Notes under the pieces: model-generated | What the model saw: the letters and a program-made list of their open reading frames with translations, nothing else | The model's database searches: none | What the model was told of the DNA's origin: nothing | IMG/VR virus record: IMGVR_UViG_3300046532_001046 | Span: 1-64,000 of that record | Strand: one strand, 5' to 3' | Source: a virus | Length of the DNA stretch: 64,000 nt | Program-made: the position numbers and the translations under genes | In this document: positions 29,577-39,043 of the stretch, piece by piece | Layout of the letters: each line of letters begins with the position of its first letter | Position numbering within the stretch: position 1 is the stretch's first letter

Positions 29577-30059
29577 GGCGGGAGAGGCCAATCCGGCCCC
29601 TCCTTTGCCCTTCAGTTCACTATTTTGTGAACCAGCCCCCCACTTTTCCTTACCCTTAGCAATCGCCTGCCCGACCAACTCTTTACCCTTTTCCTTAACA
29701 GCCGCTTCCCCAGCCTTGACTAGGGGTCCTGTCTTCGGATTCGACCGTGCCGCCATGTACCCCTTAGCGGCTGCTTTACCGACTGTTCCAACGGCCAACG
29801 CTAGGCCGTGCGTGCCTTCTTCTTCGTAGGTGTCATTCTGGGGGTCTACTAGGTCCCCCAAGTCGTTTGCTTCCATATCTTCGATGGCACTGGGCACGAA
29901 GGTGGAAGCCTCGTCAAACGAGATCCCCTCGTCGCGTGCCACGTCAGAGATTACTTCCCGCTGCCCGTGGAACAAGTTGTGCATCACGTCGAAGTCCAGA
30001 TTGAACCCAGAGGTGTGCCCAGCGTTCTGGTGACCGTCGTCAAACGACTTACGTGACAT
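29550..30059 (-). CDS. protein with acidic N-half, YEEEGTHG motif and amphipathic basic C-half
   Basis: DLGDLVDPQNDTYEEEGTHGL is identical in 52802..53167. Confidence 0.75.
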   Translation of the reverse strand: MSRKSFDDGHQNAGHTSGFNLDFDVMHNLFHGQREVISDVARDEGISFDEASTFVPSAIEDMEANDLGDLVDPQNDTYEEEGTHGLALAVGTVGKAAAKGYMAARSNPKTGPLVKAGEAAVKEKGKELVGQAIAKGKEKWGAGSQNSELKGKGGAGLASPASESDDPLA

Positions 30060-30358
30060 TAGTTAGTCCAACTCTGGTGGCCTGCATCGAAGTGTGAGCC
30101 ACGTCCCTGCTGTTCACCACGGTAATACTTCTGTGGCTCGGCCACAGGGTTGTTTGGATTGACGTACTTAGCGGGACTGTCAGGGTGTCCGGGGGACGTA
30201 CCACAGGTTGGGCAGGAGTCATCCTTGTTAGGGGTGTCGGTGGGGCCTTCTGAGCCCTGTCCCGGTATATCCCCTATCCAACCCTTGCTAGGCTTGGTCT
30301 TGCCGGGGTAGTCACCGGGCACGCCACCGTCGGGGGTTGGCTGGGTGTTGAACTCCAT
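30059..30358 (-). CDS. Pro/Gly-rich small protein
   Basis: 99 aa, CPTC, ends HFDAGHQ; TGGTATCAT-N6-ATG. Confidence 0.7.
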   Translation of the reverse strand: MEFNTQPTPDGGVPGDYPGKTKPSKGWIGDIPGQGSEGPTDTPNKDDSCPTCGTSPGHPDSPAKYVNPNNPVAEPQKYYRGEQQGRGSHFDAGHQSWTN

Positions 30359-30393
30359 ACGTATATGATACCAGATTACTGTACAATAGGGGT

Positions 30394-30807
30394 ATGACTG
30401 CTTCAGATCATGTACACCCGCAGCAGTTGCGAATGTTCATCCCCGCCAAGGAACTCCATACTACTGAGATGGTAGCCTTAACGGAAATGCAATGGGTAGA
30501 CGAGAACGCTGGAGAGCACAAAGACTGGCAGGAGGCGTTCGTTAACGCTAAGTTTTCACGTCAAGAGGGACCAGAGCAGGTGTGGGACCGTAAGTTGACC
30601 GAATCCAAGCGTAGTGAGCCCTTAGACATCAGCCGCCACGCACAGATTTCCCGGCACGGCATCCTGCGCCCTGTTGTTCTAACTGAAGGTGGAACCAAGA
30701 TCAGGGACGGGCACCACCGTGTCGCCATCGCCAATGACCTAAATCCCGACACAGAAGTACCTGTAGAGTACAAAGAGCGGTCGGAAGCACATGACTTTGT
30801 GGGCTAG
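30394..30807 (+). CDS. ParB/sulfiredoxin-like domain protein
   Basis: MTASDHVHPQQLRMFIPA...HGILRPVVL...RDGHHRVAIA; paralogue of the 27295 and 27743 genes. Confidence 0.8.
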   Translation: MTASDHVHPQQLRMFIPAKELHTTEMVALTEMQWVDENAGEHKDWQEAFVNAKFSRQEGPEQVWDRKLTESKRSEPLDISRHAQISRHGILRPVVLTEGGTKIRDGHHRVAIANDLNPDTEVPVEYKERSEAHDFVG

Positions 30808-30828
30808 CCTCCATGGTAAACTGTTGAC

Positions 30829-31191
30829 ATGCCTCATCGCCTAGGAGACCAGTGGAATAGGGTACAGGCTATGACGCCTTACCAGAAGGGGACGCTTGGT
30901 CAGGTTGGTGCCAAGCCGGGTCTAGCCCGTAAGGTACTTGGTACCCCGTCTGCTCGTCAGGCTGCTGCCAATAGGGATTATCAGGTCGCTGACGACACTC
31001 TGAGTGTGCTTGACGACGCTATTGGGGGGACACCTTTGGGAAAGACCGTGGGGTGGGCTAAACCCAGAGTCGAACGTGGACCAAGGTTGCGGGACACAGC
31101 ATCTAGTCTCTGGTTCAGGGACGAGAAGCGCCTTAAAGAAGGCAAGCCTGCTGCTCCTAGGACCAACGAACAGCCACAGGGCACCCCCTGA
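30829..31191 (+). CDS. basic hypothetical protein
   Basis: MPHRLGDQW...; TGGTAAACT-N6-ATG. Confidence 0.65.
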   Translation: MPHRLGDQWNRVQAMTPYQKGTLGQVGAKPGLARKVLGTPSARQAAANRDYQVADDTLSVLDDAIGGTPLGKTVGWAKPRVERGPRLRDTASSLWFRDEKRLKEGKPAAPRTNEQPQGTP

Positions 31192-31259
31192 GCCGTTTTT
31201 CGCCCTCTATCCGCTAGACCTAGCGGGCCTCAGTGTGGAGAGACACCGAGTCCATCCGG

Positions 31260-31730
31260 TCAGGTGTGACCCGCATCGAAGTGTCCACGAGAGCCATTTG
31301 CCCGCTCCTGCTTCGACCGTTCCTGATCCCGTGCGTCCATCCCCATGCGAATCAGGCCCCATTTCTGGTCGTTTTCGCCCCACTGCCCTTCCGTGCCCTC
31401 TTCGACGTAATCTAACGTACCGTCGGGGTCCTCCGGGTCGGAATCCTCGCCTTGGGGCTTCCGGTTGGCGTAAGCCGCAGCCGGGTGTGTGTCACTGTGC
31501 ATGGCCCAGTGGTTGAACTGCCCGTGGGTGCCCTCTTCGACGTAGTCATCGCGGGATTTCATCGGTAGTACGGGTCGCTCCTGCTGTGGAGCGGCTGGCT
31601 TCTCTGAGAATAGTGCCGCCAACCCCTGCCCGAGGCCGTCAAACGCACCTGTGATCTGCTTGCCGGTTTCCGTCTGCTCGCCGGGGCTCTTGGGTGTTAG
31701 CGATTTCGTTGGGGGTCGTTGCTTTGGCAT
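31260..31730 (-). CDS. disordered protein with two YVEEGTxGQ(F/W) motifs
   Basis: DDYVEEGTHGQF and LDYVEEGTEGQW; ends HFDAGHT. Confidence 0.75.
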   Translation of the reverse strand: MPKQRPPTKSLTPKSPGEQTETGKQITGAFDGLGQGLAALFSEKPAAPQQERPVLPMKSRDDYVEEGTHGQFNHWAMHSDTHPAAAYANRKPQGEDSDPEDPDGTLDYVEEGTEGQWGENDQKWGLIRMGMDARDQERSKQERANGSRGHFDAGHT

Positions 31731-32433
31731 ACCTCAATAATACCAGATTTAGGGCTATATAGCGAAATGGCTGTCTGTGGGGATTCGACCCTACCCACGC
31801 TCTTCCACAGTAAGGCCCATTAACTATGGGGGGGGTCAAATCTATAAAGAAATAGGGCAGTTGCTCGCCATAAAGTATCGGATAAGCCGACAGCATTATG
31901 GCTGAAAGAATGACGCTAAACCGGAGGTTTGTCTGCCTATCTTTGGGCCTATTGGCTGCGGGCGCACAGCGATGCGCTGATGTAGGTAGGAACCACCTCT
32001 ATTCCCCGTGGTGGGTCGTTGGTATCCACATGGATCGCATGGACTTCTCAATCACATGGTGACTCCCCCCACCTACCCACCCTCTCTCCTCCCTCCTCCT
32101 CTCTCCCTGTTGTTGATGCTCTTGGTCTGGGCCGACTGGGTTGGCCGTGTCACCTGCTGGCTGGTGAGATATCAGAAGACTGCCGCACCCGGTAGGTTTC
32201 TGCTATGTCACCTCCTCCCTCCTCCCCTGTGCTCCTCGTGGTGGAGAGGTGGGTGTGTGTCCCTCTTGGGCCTCGTGGGCTCTCTGAGGGCCTGTGAGGG
32301 GGCCTGAGGGTACGTCTAGTTGCCCCCATCACCACGAGAGCCCCCTAGGAGCCTCTGTGAGGGCCTTGGGGGCTGTCATGCGGTTATCCCCCTCTGGGGG
32401 GGTGGAGGGCTCTCAGGTGCCCTGTGTGTCCCT

Positions 32434-32718
32434 CTACTGGAACTCGGACACGTCCACCTCGGCTAGTTCCTTGTACTCGTCGTTGGTGACCCAGATCCTG
32501 CCCACCGTGAGGAACTCGGCGGGGCTCTCCAGTGTCTGGGCGTAGGTCTGGCGGGTCTCCATCTGGCAGCCCCACATGAGTCCGTCCCACGGGTGGGTGT
32601 CGTCCTCAGTCCAGAGGGACGCATCCAGTTCGGTGCAGTCCTCGCCGTCGGTCTCGCCGTCGTTGTTCTCCTCCCAGATCAGGCTGAAGATCCGGTCGTA
32701 GGTCAGGTTGGTCATCAT
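32434..32718 (-). CDS. small acidic early protein
   Basis: 94 aa, ATGA-coupled, GC-rich codon usage. Confidence 0.7.
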   Translation of the reverse strand: MMTNLTYDRIFSLIWEENNDGETDGEDCTELDASLWTEDDTHPWDGLMWGCQMETRQTYAQTLESPAEFLTVGRIWVTNDEYKELAEVDVSEFQ

Positions 32719-33482
32719 GCACCCAGCCCGAGGTCTAGGTGGACGAGGGCCGGGTGGTCCTCGGTCAGGGTCGGGCTGGTGTTGAGGAGGTCCTGTAGTT
32801 GCTCGGCCTCCTCCTCGGTCATCACCACGACTACCGTGCCGTGCTCCTCCAGTAGGTCCTGCCGTTCTTCCTCGTCAATCGCTTCATGGATCTCTTCAAG
32901 GCACAGAGCGTCCCTCTCGGTCTTGCCGGGGCCGTCCCACGATTCCCAGAGGGGGCACCAGTGACCCTTGCCGCAGTCGCACAGCCGGGGGTCTTCGGTG
33001 GACTCATCGACTGACTCAAACGCCTCCCGGCGTGCGTCGTACTCGTCGCTGTCGTAGTCAAAGCCAGCCGCAGCACGCTCGTCCTCACCGTGGCCTTGGC
33101 AGTAGTCGATCACGTCGCCGCAGTAGCCACAGCGACTGACGTGCTCCTCATCCTGGAGATCACCAGTACTCTCACTGTCGGTGGTCTCGCCGGGGGGTAC
33201 GTCACTGTCTGTTGACCACGTCTGGTGGTCGAACTCCCCGGAGACCACCCGTGCGATGACCTCGTCCCACGTCAGGCTGAACCCCTTGCTCCGGGGCCGG
33301 TCACGCCACCCTGCTGACTGGTCGTCCAGCACGAGGTCCAGCCCGGTGTCGGAGACCGTCAGCAGTACGGCGGTGTCGGCTGGCTTCGGGCCGAACGCCT
33401 CGGACACGATGAACAGGTGGTCGACCCGGTCACCTCGTGAGTAGTCAATGTGCTTGGTCGTGTGGATGGTGTGGATGGTCAT
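32715..33482 (-). CDS. acidic early protein with Cys/His clusters
   Basis: CGYCGDVIDYCQGH and CDCGKGHWC; GAGGAG RBS. Confidence 0.75.
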   Translation of the reverse strand: MTIHTIHTTKHIDYSRGDRVDHLFIVSEAFGPKPADTAVLLTVSDTGLDLVLDDQSAGWRDRPRSKGFSLTWDEVIARVVSGEFDHQTWSTDSDVPPGETTDSESTGDLQDEEHVSRCGYCGDVIDYCQGHGEDERAAAGFDYDSDEYDARREAFESVDESTEDPRLCDCGKGHWCPLWESWDGPGKTERDALCLEEIHEAIDEEERQDLLEEHGTVVVVMTEEEAEQLQDLLNTSPTLTEDHPALVHLDLGLGA

Positions 33483-33610
33483 GCTGTCTCCTCAGGGATC
33501 GGGTAGCGGCAGTTCAGGCAGAGTTGGTTCTCGTCGTCGGCTGGCTGGTGCATCACGGCCTCACACTCGGCGCAGGCAAACGCCACGATCCGGCTAATGG
33601 GGTAGGTCAT
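33479..33610 (-). CDS. small zinc-ribbon protein (43 aa)
   Basis: Manually read MTYPISRIVAFACAECEAV...LCLNCRYP; ATGA overlaps on both sides. Confidence 0.65.
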   Translation of the reverse strand: MTYPISRIVAFACAECEAVMHQPADDENQLCLNCRYPIPEETA

Positions 33611-34050
33611 GCTGCCTCCTCGGCATCGTTGGTGAGTGCGGTCAGGATGACCCACGTCAGGCGGTGGGCCACCTCGTAGAGGATGCTCGTGGCCTGAGCG
33701 GTCATGTCCACGACCGCAGCGTGTGGCCCTGACTCGGTCAGCACCGGGATGTCGTCAGCGGCCTCGTCCTGCCAGAGGCAGAGGTCAGTGAACACCTGCC
33801 AGAGGTGGTAGGTGGCGATGGGGATGGACTCGTCGGCCAGACGGTGGGTGGCCTCGTGCCACCAGTCGTCGTCACCGGCCTCCACGGTCCCCCTGCGCTC
33901 CTCGGTGGCCTCTACCCACCAGTTAGCCACGGCGTCCCTCACGTCCAGCAGCCAGAGCGCTCCGGGGGACTCACGGTTGTCCGGGCTCTGCACCCCGGCC
34001 ACGCCGGAGAGGTTGTAGGCGGTCCAGTCTTGGGGGGTCAGGTCAATCAT
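33607..34050 (-). CDS. Ocr (T7 gp0.3)-like DNA-mimic anti-restriction protein
   Basis: HEATHRLADESIPIATYHLWQVF...DMTAQATSILYE aligns by eye with Ocr [23 protein letters not shown]...DVIRILQARIYE; acidic; start moved to MIDL. Confidence 0.7.
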   Translation of the reverse strand: MIDLTPQDWTAYNLSGVAGVQSPDNRESPGALWLLDVRDAVANWWVEATEERRGTVEAGDDDWWHEATHRLADESIPIATYHLWQVFTDLCLWQDEAADDIPVLTESGPHAAVVDMTAQATSILYEVAHRLTWVILTALTNDAEEAA

Positions 34051-34157
34051 GTCGTGTGGTCTCTTTCGTGTCGTTGGTCGTTGGTCGTTGGTTGTGTGGG
34101 TGTGGTTGGGAGGGCCGACCGGGGGGGCCACACACTCCCCCGGCCAGCCGATCTGGG

Positions 34158-35771
34158 TCAGCCGCCGTAGTACTCCATCAGGGCGTCTGCGATGCTCTGG
34201 TCGTCCACGAGGCCGTCCGACTCCACGCCATCGTGGATCATGCTGGTGGCCTCAGCCTTGGCCCGGAGGAGGCCGAAGACCTGAGCGTCGATGGAGTCTC
34301 GCCCGTCTGGGTGAGCGGCGATGGCGATGGTGCTGTGGACGGTCCTCGTCTGGCCGATGCGGCAGAGGCGATCCTCCACCTGAGCGAGGTCGCTGGGCGT
34401 CCACGGGAGGCTGCCCACGATGATGGTCCGGCACTTGCCAGAGCCGTGGAGGGTGAGGCCGGTACCGGCTGCAATGATGTTCCCGACCAAGACCTGAGCC
34501 TCGTCGTCACAGTCGGTCGTGAACCGGCGCTGGGCCTCGGCCTTGGCGTTGTCACTCATGCCGCCGACGATCCTGACGGCCTTGTCGCCCAGAGCCGCCA
34601 CGATGGCCTCGGCCTCGGCCTTGTACCACGTCGCCACGAAGACTCGCTCGCCCTCGGCCAGCAGTTCCTTCGTGCGCTCCACGATGGTCTGCACCTTGCC
34701 CATGCCAGCCTGCTTGCGGAGTTCCATCAGGAGGCGAAGACCCTCGGTCCTCATGCCCTTCTCCACTCGTGCCCACGGGAGGCCGAGGTCGTTGGTCAGG
34801 TAGGCCCTCAGGTCGTCCTCGGCGCTGGCGTAGAGGCGGGCCTGCTTGGGGGCCATCTCGGCGTACCAGACGTTGCGGGCCTTGCTCAGGTCCTGAAGTT
34901 CCGGCACGTCGGAGCGGAGCCGACGGTACATGCCCACGTTGTCCACGAGGTTGCGGTGGAGCACGTCCAGATCCGCTGCTGCCCGACGCCCAAACCGATC
35001 ACCATGCACGCGAGGGGCGAACGTGTTGAGGAAGCGGAAAATGTTGGCGTCGGCCAAGGTCTTCGGGTTGATCTTGCCGAACCCGAAGGAGCCATCCTGC
35101 TGGGGGACAGCCTCGCCCAGACGGTCCAGAATCGACAGGGGCTGGGACAACTCGGTGGGCCGACCGTTGGTCGTCAGCGTGCCCGTGAGGAGCAGGCGCA
35201 GGCCGTCCTGCGGGAGCGAGCGTGCGACCTTCAGGACGGCAGCGGAGCGCTGGGAGAGGCTCTTGGTGCGCTGGCACTCATCGACCACGAGGCCGGAGCA
35301 CTTGCCCTCCAACTCGTCGGCCCATGCGGCCATGACGGAGTCACCCACGAGGAGGACCTCCACGTCGGTGGGCAACTCGTAGACCCGGCGACCGGTGATC
35401 TTGTGGACGGTGGTGCCCGGACGGAACTTGTCGAACTCGTCCAGCCACGTCCGGCGAAGGGTCGGCGGCACGACCACGAGGACCGGGCCTGCGTCGGGCA
35501 CCTCCACGAGGCTGGCGGCGATGGCGTGGATGGCGGTGGGCGTCTTCCCCATGCCCATCTCCAGCGAGAGGAAGGTCCGACGCCCCACCGGGGAGGTCAG
35601 GATGTGGTCCAGAGCCAACTGCTGGAAGTCGTAGAGCGGCAGCCCACCGGGGCAGGCGACAGCAGCCCACGGGGCGAGCGTGGGGTGGGGGCGACCGACC
35701 ACCGTGGCGTCAGCCGGGCGGGGGGCCGTGGTCGTCTCCAGCGAGGAGAGGAAGGAAGTCAGGTCGGTCAT
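34158..35771 (-). CDS. SNF2-family (HARP-like) helicase/annealing ATPase
   Basis: EMGMGKT, VVDECQ, LTGT, AAGTGLTL, QVEDRLCRIGQ. Confidence 0.92.
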   Translation of the reverse strand: MTDLTSFLSSLETTTAPRPADATVVGRPHPTLAPWAAVACPGGLPLYDFQQLALDHILTSPVGRRTFLSLEMGMGKTPTAIHAIAASLVEVPDAGPVLVVVPPTLRRTWLDEFDKFRPGTTVHKITGRRVYELPTDVEVLLVGDSVMAAWADELEGKCSGLVVDECQRTKSLSQRSAAVLKVARSLPQDGLRLLLTGTLTTNGRPTELSQPLSILDRLGEAVPQQDGSFGFGKINPKTLADANIFRFLNTFAPRVHGDRFGRRAAADLDVLHRNLVDNVGMYRRLRSDVPELQDLSKARNVWYAEMAPKQARLYASAEDDLRAYLTNDLGLPWARVEKGMRTEGLRLLMELRKQAGMGKVQTIVERTKELLAEGERVFVATWYKAEAEAIVAALGDKAVRIVGGMSDNAKAEAQRRFTTDCDDEAQVLVGNIIAAGTGLTLHGSGKCRTIIVGSLPWTPSDLAQVEDRLCRIGQTRTVHSTIAIAAHPDGRDSIDAQVFGLLRAKAEATSMIHDGVESDGLVDDQSIADALMEYYGG

Positions 35772-35884
35772 GTGTGGCGCTCCTGTGTGGGGGGCTGGGG
35801 GCGGGGGGGAGGGTTCCCCCCCGCTGTGCTCAATACTACAACCAGTGCAGGGAGATTAGCAATGGCTGGGGCAAGATTCCTGTA
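35766..35884 (-). promoter_or_regulatory. early promoter-leader module copy 1 (TTGCTA-N18-TAGTAT, GC hairpin, AGGAG RBS)
   Basis: 119-bp exact direct repeat of 38169..38287. Confidence 0.88.
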
Positions 35885-35960
35885 CTGCTCACTCCCAGTG
35901 GTCAGGCCCTTCGGACGTGTCTGTCCGTTGACCACTGGGAGTGCTGCTGTACTGCTGTCG

Positions 35961-37109
35961 TCAGGCGGTGACGGCCTTGCGGCTGAGGCTGTCCACCGTG
36001 GCGGTCAGGAGCCCGGAGGCGAGCCTCGGGAGCACGTAGCCGTCGGCAGTCCAGCCAGCCCGGTCGGTGCCCTTCACGAAGACGACAGAGCGTGTCCGGT
36101 AGGTCTCGTGGCCGACGACCACGTAGTTGGCCGGGAGGTAGGCGGCGACCCTCTCAGCGGTGGCCTCCACGTCGTCCACGGAGGGCACGTTGACCGTGAT
36201 GTGCTTCACCTCTTCGGAGGCGTGGTGGCGCTCGTAGACACCAGCGGCGATGTCCTCCCACGAGGCGTCGCCGTAGACCTGCTGCCATGCGTAGGTGATG
36301 GCTGCGAGGGTCGACGCCTTCAGGCCGACGAGGCTGTCGCCATCCGGGGTCTCAGTGTCGACCTCTCCTGAGTAGCCGCCCTCGTAGTCCAGCGACCAGT
36401 CGCTCACGCCGAACTTCTGGGCACGCTCCACCGTGTTCCCCAGACCGTTGGAGGTGTTCTCCACGAGGGCGTCGGGCACGTTGGCGAGGGTCGTCACGAG
36501 GAACGACTTGGCCTCGGTGCGGAGGACCTCACGGGCCGCAGACTTCTCAGCGGAGTGAGCATTGCGCTCGGCCACCTCGGCCCGGTGGACGAGTTGCTCG
36601 GCAGCCTTCTCGGTCTCGTCAAAGGGACCCTCCACCCCGGACAGCGGGACGGTGCCGACGTGGTCGCCAAGGCTGACGAGGGAGGGACGGCCAGTCGTGT
36701 CCCAGTAGTACTCGGTGCCCCACTCAGCGATCAGGGCGTCACGCTCGCCGTCCAGCCACCGCTCGTCGGAGAACGGGTTGGAGTACGTCAGCAGGTGCTG
36801 ACTGTGCTGCTGGAAGGGCTGGGGCTGGAAGGTGAGGTCCAGAGTCTGGTCACCGTGGTGGACGACGCTGCCACGAGCGTTGTCGATCCAGCGGAGGACC
36901 TCCACATGGTCGATCCACCTCGTCCCCACGGTGATGTCCCAACCCTCACTGGTCTGGACGAGCAGGTGGTTGTTGGGGGCCTTGTCGGACTCCGACCGGG
37001 GGGACTGCACAGCGGTCACCGTGTCACCGGTTCGGAACCAGAACGCATCACGCTTGGTGTTTCCTGCGTAGCGGTAGATCGTGTTCGGATGGATGTCTTT
37101 GATCTTCAT
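35961..37109 (-). CDS. hypothetical early protein
   Basis: 382 aa, AAGGAG RBS; C-terminal GTDRAGWTADGYVLPRLASGL. Confidence 0.8.
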   Translation of the reverse strand: MKIKDIHPNTIYRYAGNTKRDAFWFRTGDTVTAVQSPRSESDKAPNNHLLVQTSEGWDITVGTRWIDHVEVLRWIDNARGSVVHHGDQTLDLTFQPQPFQQHSQHLLTYSNPFSDERWLDGERDALIAEWGTEYYWDTTGRPSLVSLGDHVGTVPLSGVEGPFDETEKAAEQLVHRAEVAERNAHSAEKSAAREVLRTEAKSFLVTTLANVPDALVENTSNGLGNTVERAQKFGVSDWSLDYEGGYSGEVDTETPDGDSLVGLKASTLAAITYAWQQVYGDASWEDIAAGVYERHHASEEVKHITVNVPSVDDVEATAERVAAYLPANYVVVGHETYRTRSVVFVKGTDRAGWTADGYVLPRLASGLLTATVDSLSRKAVTA

Positions 37110-37158
37110 ATTGGTGTGGTCTCCTTGTGTGGTTTATTGGTCGTTGGTTGGTCGTTGA

Positions 37159-37920
37159 TTAGTTGAACTTTGCCCAGCAGATTGGTCCGATTCCTCGGGC
37201 CACCGACTGCTCGTCTTCCAGTGCCCGGAAGCAGCAGCCGCAGGTGGACGTGATCTGGCCGTAGGCCGCTGCACTGGCCTGCACGTCGGCCAGCATCCGG
37301 GCGAGGGTGGTGGCGGCGTCGCCCACGTACTCCGCACCGGGGCGCTGGGAGCCGTACTGGGTGCCGTGGCCGTAGGCGGCGTCATCGCTCACGTTGACCC
37401 AGCCGGTGGTCTGGTTGTACGACACCTTGACCTTCAGGCGGGTCTCACCGGAGACCTGCCCATCGACGTGGACAGGGTCGGCCAGCCGGAGGGTGTACGA
37501 GTCCTTGCCGTTCCAGTTGGAGTGCCGACCGAAGGTCTCACAGGCCACCCGGAAGTCGATGCCAGAGGTCTGGACCTCGCCCTCCGGGCACTCCCCGGCG
37601 AAGTGGTACGAGGACCAGACCTTGGCGACCACAGAGGCGTGGGCCTGACCGGCGAAGGTCGGGTGGGCGCACAGGGCGCACTTGGCATGGCGCTTGCTGA
37701 CCATGACGTGGTCGGCCTCCGGGCCTTGGTAGGCGTCCGGGGTCGGAGCCGGGAGGGCCAGCAGGTGGTCGATGAGTTCGCTGGCCGACTTGGTCGTCAG
37801 GGTCGGGATAACTGCCCCATACTGGGCAACCTCGGCAAGGTCGGTGACACGCTCGGCAATGAGTTTGCCGAGGAATGCCAACTGCTTGTCGCTGGCTGGG
37901 TTGGCGGTGGTCTGGGTCAT
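37159..37920 (-). CDS. DUF6011-like zinc-binding protein
   Basis: ASDKQLAFL N-terminus; CGCCFRALEDEQSVARGIGPIC C-terminus. Confidence 0.8.
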   Translation of the reverse strand: MTQTTANPASDKQLAFLGKLIAERVTDLAEVAQYGAVIPTLTTKSASELIDHLLALPAPTPDAYQGPEADHVMVSKRHAKCALCAHPTFAGQAHASVVAKVWSSYHFAGECPEGEVQTSGIDFRVACETFGRHSNWNGKDSYTLRLADPVHVDGQVSGETRLKVKVSYNQTTGWVNVSDDAAYGHGTQYGSQRPGAEYVGDAATTLARMLADVQASAAAYGQITSTCGCCFRALEDEQSVARGIGPICWAKFN

Positions 37921-38174
37921 GCCGTCACCGACAGGCCACAGCGGAGGAGGAACAGGTCACGGGAGAACGAGGGCGAGTCTGCGAAGAACTCGTCAGCGAT
38001 CAACTCCATCACCCACCGGGGGACATCAGCCGACGGGCGGTCACCAGTACCCCAGAGCGCATCGGACAGGCGCAGGGCGATCAGGGGGGACACCGTCAGG
38101 TGCTCCCAAGAGTGGCAATCGCTCCGGGTCTCCATCGTGCAGTGCTGGCAAGGTGTGTGTACTGGCTGGGTCAT
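37917..38174 (-). CDS. small early protein
   Basis: First gene after promoter copy 2; ends F.RDLFLLRCGL. Confidence 0.7.
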   Translation of the reverse strand: MTQPVHTPCQHCTMETRSDCHSWEHLTVSPLIALRLSDALWGTGDRPSADVPRWVMELIADEFFADSPSFSRDLFLLRCGLSVTA

Positions 38175-38287
38175 GTGTGGCGCTCCTGTGTGGGGGGCTG
38201 GGGGCGGGGGGGAGGGTTCCCCCCCGCTGTGCTCAATACTACAACCAGTGCAGGGAGATTAGCAATGGCTGGGGCAAGATTCCTGTA
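38169..38287 (-). promoter_or_regulatory. early promoter-leader module copy 2
   Basis: Identical to 35766..35884. Confidence 0.88.
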
Positions 38288-38290
38288 TTG

Positions 38291-38632
38291 TCATCCGTAG
38301 ACCGGCACACCGAAGAGGGCGAACTGGACGACCATGTCTGCCGTGTCGGCGTCCTGCACGTCCTCCCACGCCTCGGTGTCCTTGCCACCGGAGTACAGGA
38401 GGCTGCGGGCTGCGGACCTGACCTCGGCCAGTACTTCTCCACAGCCGCTGTCGGCCAGCCGTCGGAAGCCCCGCCTGATCGTGTCCTCGGTGATCCGGTG
38501 CTGGTCGCCTTCGATGTCTTCGATGACAGCGAACCAGTCGGCCCGGTCCCAGTCGTACTGGATGACCTCGGACCAGTATCCGATGCCACCTTCGATGGCC
38601 GTCACGAACTCGTCGTGGTAGGTGGGGGTCAT
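38291..38632 (-). CDS. small phage early protein
   Basis: TAIEGGIGYWS...DADTADMVVQFALFG..VYG; start moved to MTPTY (ATGA overlap). Confidence 0.75.
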   Translation of the reverse strand: MTPTYHDEFVTAIEGGIGYWSEVIQYDWDRADWFAVIEDIEGDQHRITEDTIRRGFRRLADSGCGEVLAEVRSAARSLLYSGGKDTEAWEDVQDADTADMVVQFALFGVPVYG

Positions 38633-39033
38633 GCCGTCACCTCTGCGCCCGTGAGGTTCACCACGGTCTCCTCGGTGCCAGCGTCGGCCTGACGCTTCTG
38701 CTCGGTAAGGGCAGCCAGCAGGGCGTCCAGCACACGATGCTCGTGGCCCTCTGGGAGGTCGACCGACACGTCGCCAATGTCGATGCTGACGATGCCGTCG
38801 ACCACGTTGCCGTGGATGCCGAAGGCGTGGTCGGCAAAGGGCTGGTTCTCCGGCGGGAGAGCCCACTCACCACGAGGGTGGATGGTCAGGTTGATCCGGT
38901 TGCATGGCTCGCCAAGGTCACCGAACTCGGTGGCGTGGGCCCTGTACGTCCGACCCGCCACGTCTGTGTGTCGGGACCAGTGGGAGCCGGGGAACTCGGT
39001 CGTCACGGTGGCGGTGATGGTGGGGGTTCGCAT
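38629..39033 (-). CDS. hypothetical early protein
   Basis: 134 aa after promoter copy 3, AGGAG RBS. Confidence 0.75.
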   Translation of the reverse strand: MRTPTITATVTTEFPGSHWSRHTDVAGRTYRAHATEFGDLGEPCNRINLTIHPRGEWALPPENQPFADHAFGIHGNVVDGIVSIDIGDVSVDLPEGHEHRVLDALLAALTEQKRQADAGTEETVVNLTGAEVTA

Positions 39034-39043
39034 GTTGGGTGGG

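Noticed and set aside
31770-31812. tRNA suggested by GGGATTCGACCC
   Set aside because: No acceptor stem, anticodon arm or cloverleaf on either strand
34056-36371. 771-aa plus-strand ORF and other long plus-strand ORFs in 32-44 kb
   Set aside because: Antisense shadows of GC-rich minus-strand genes that have clear motifs, RBSs and promoters
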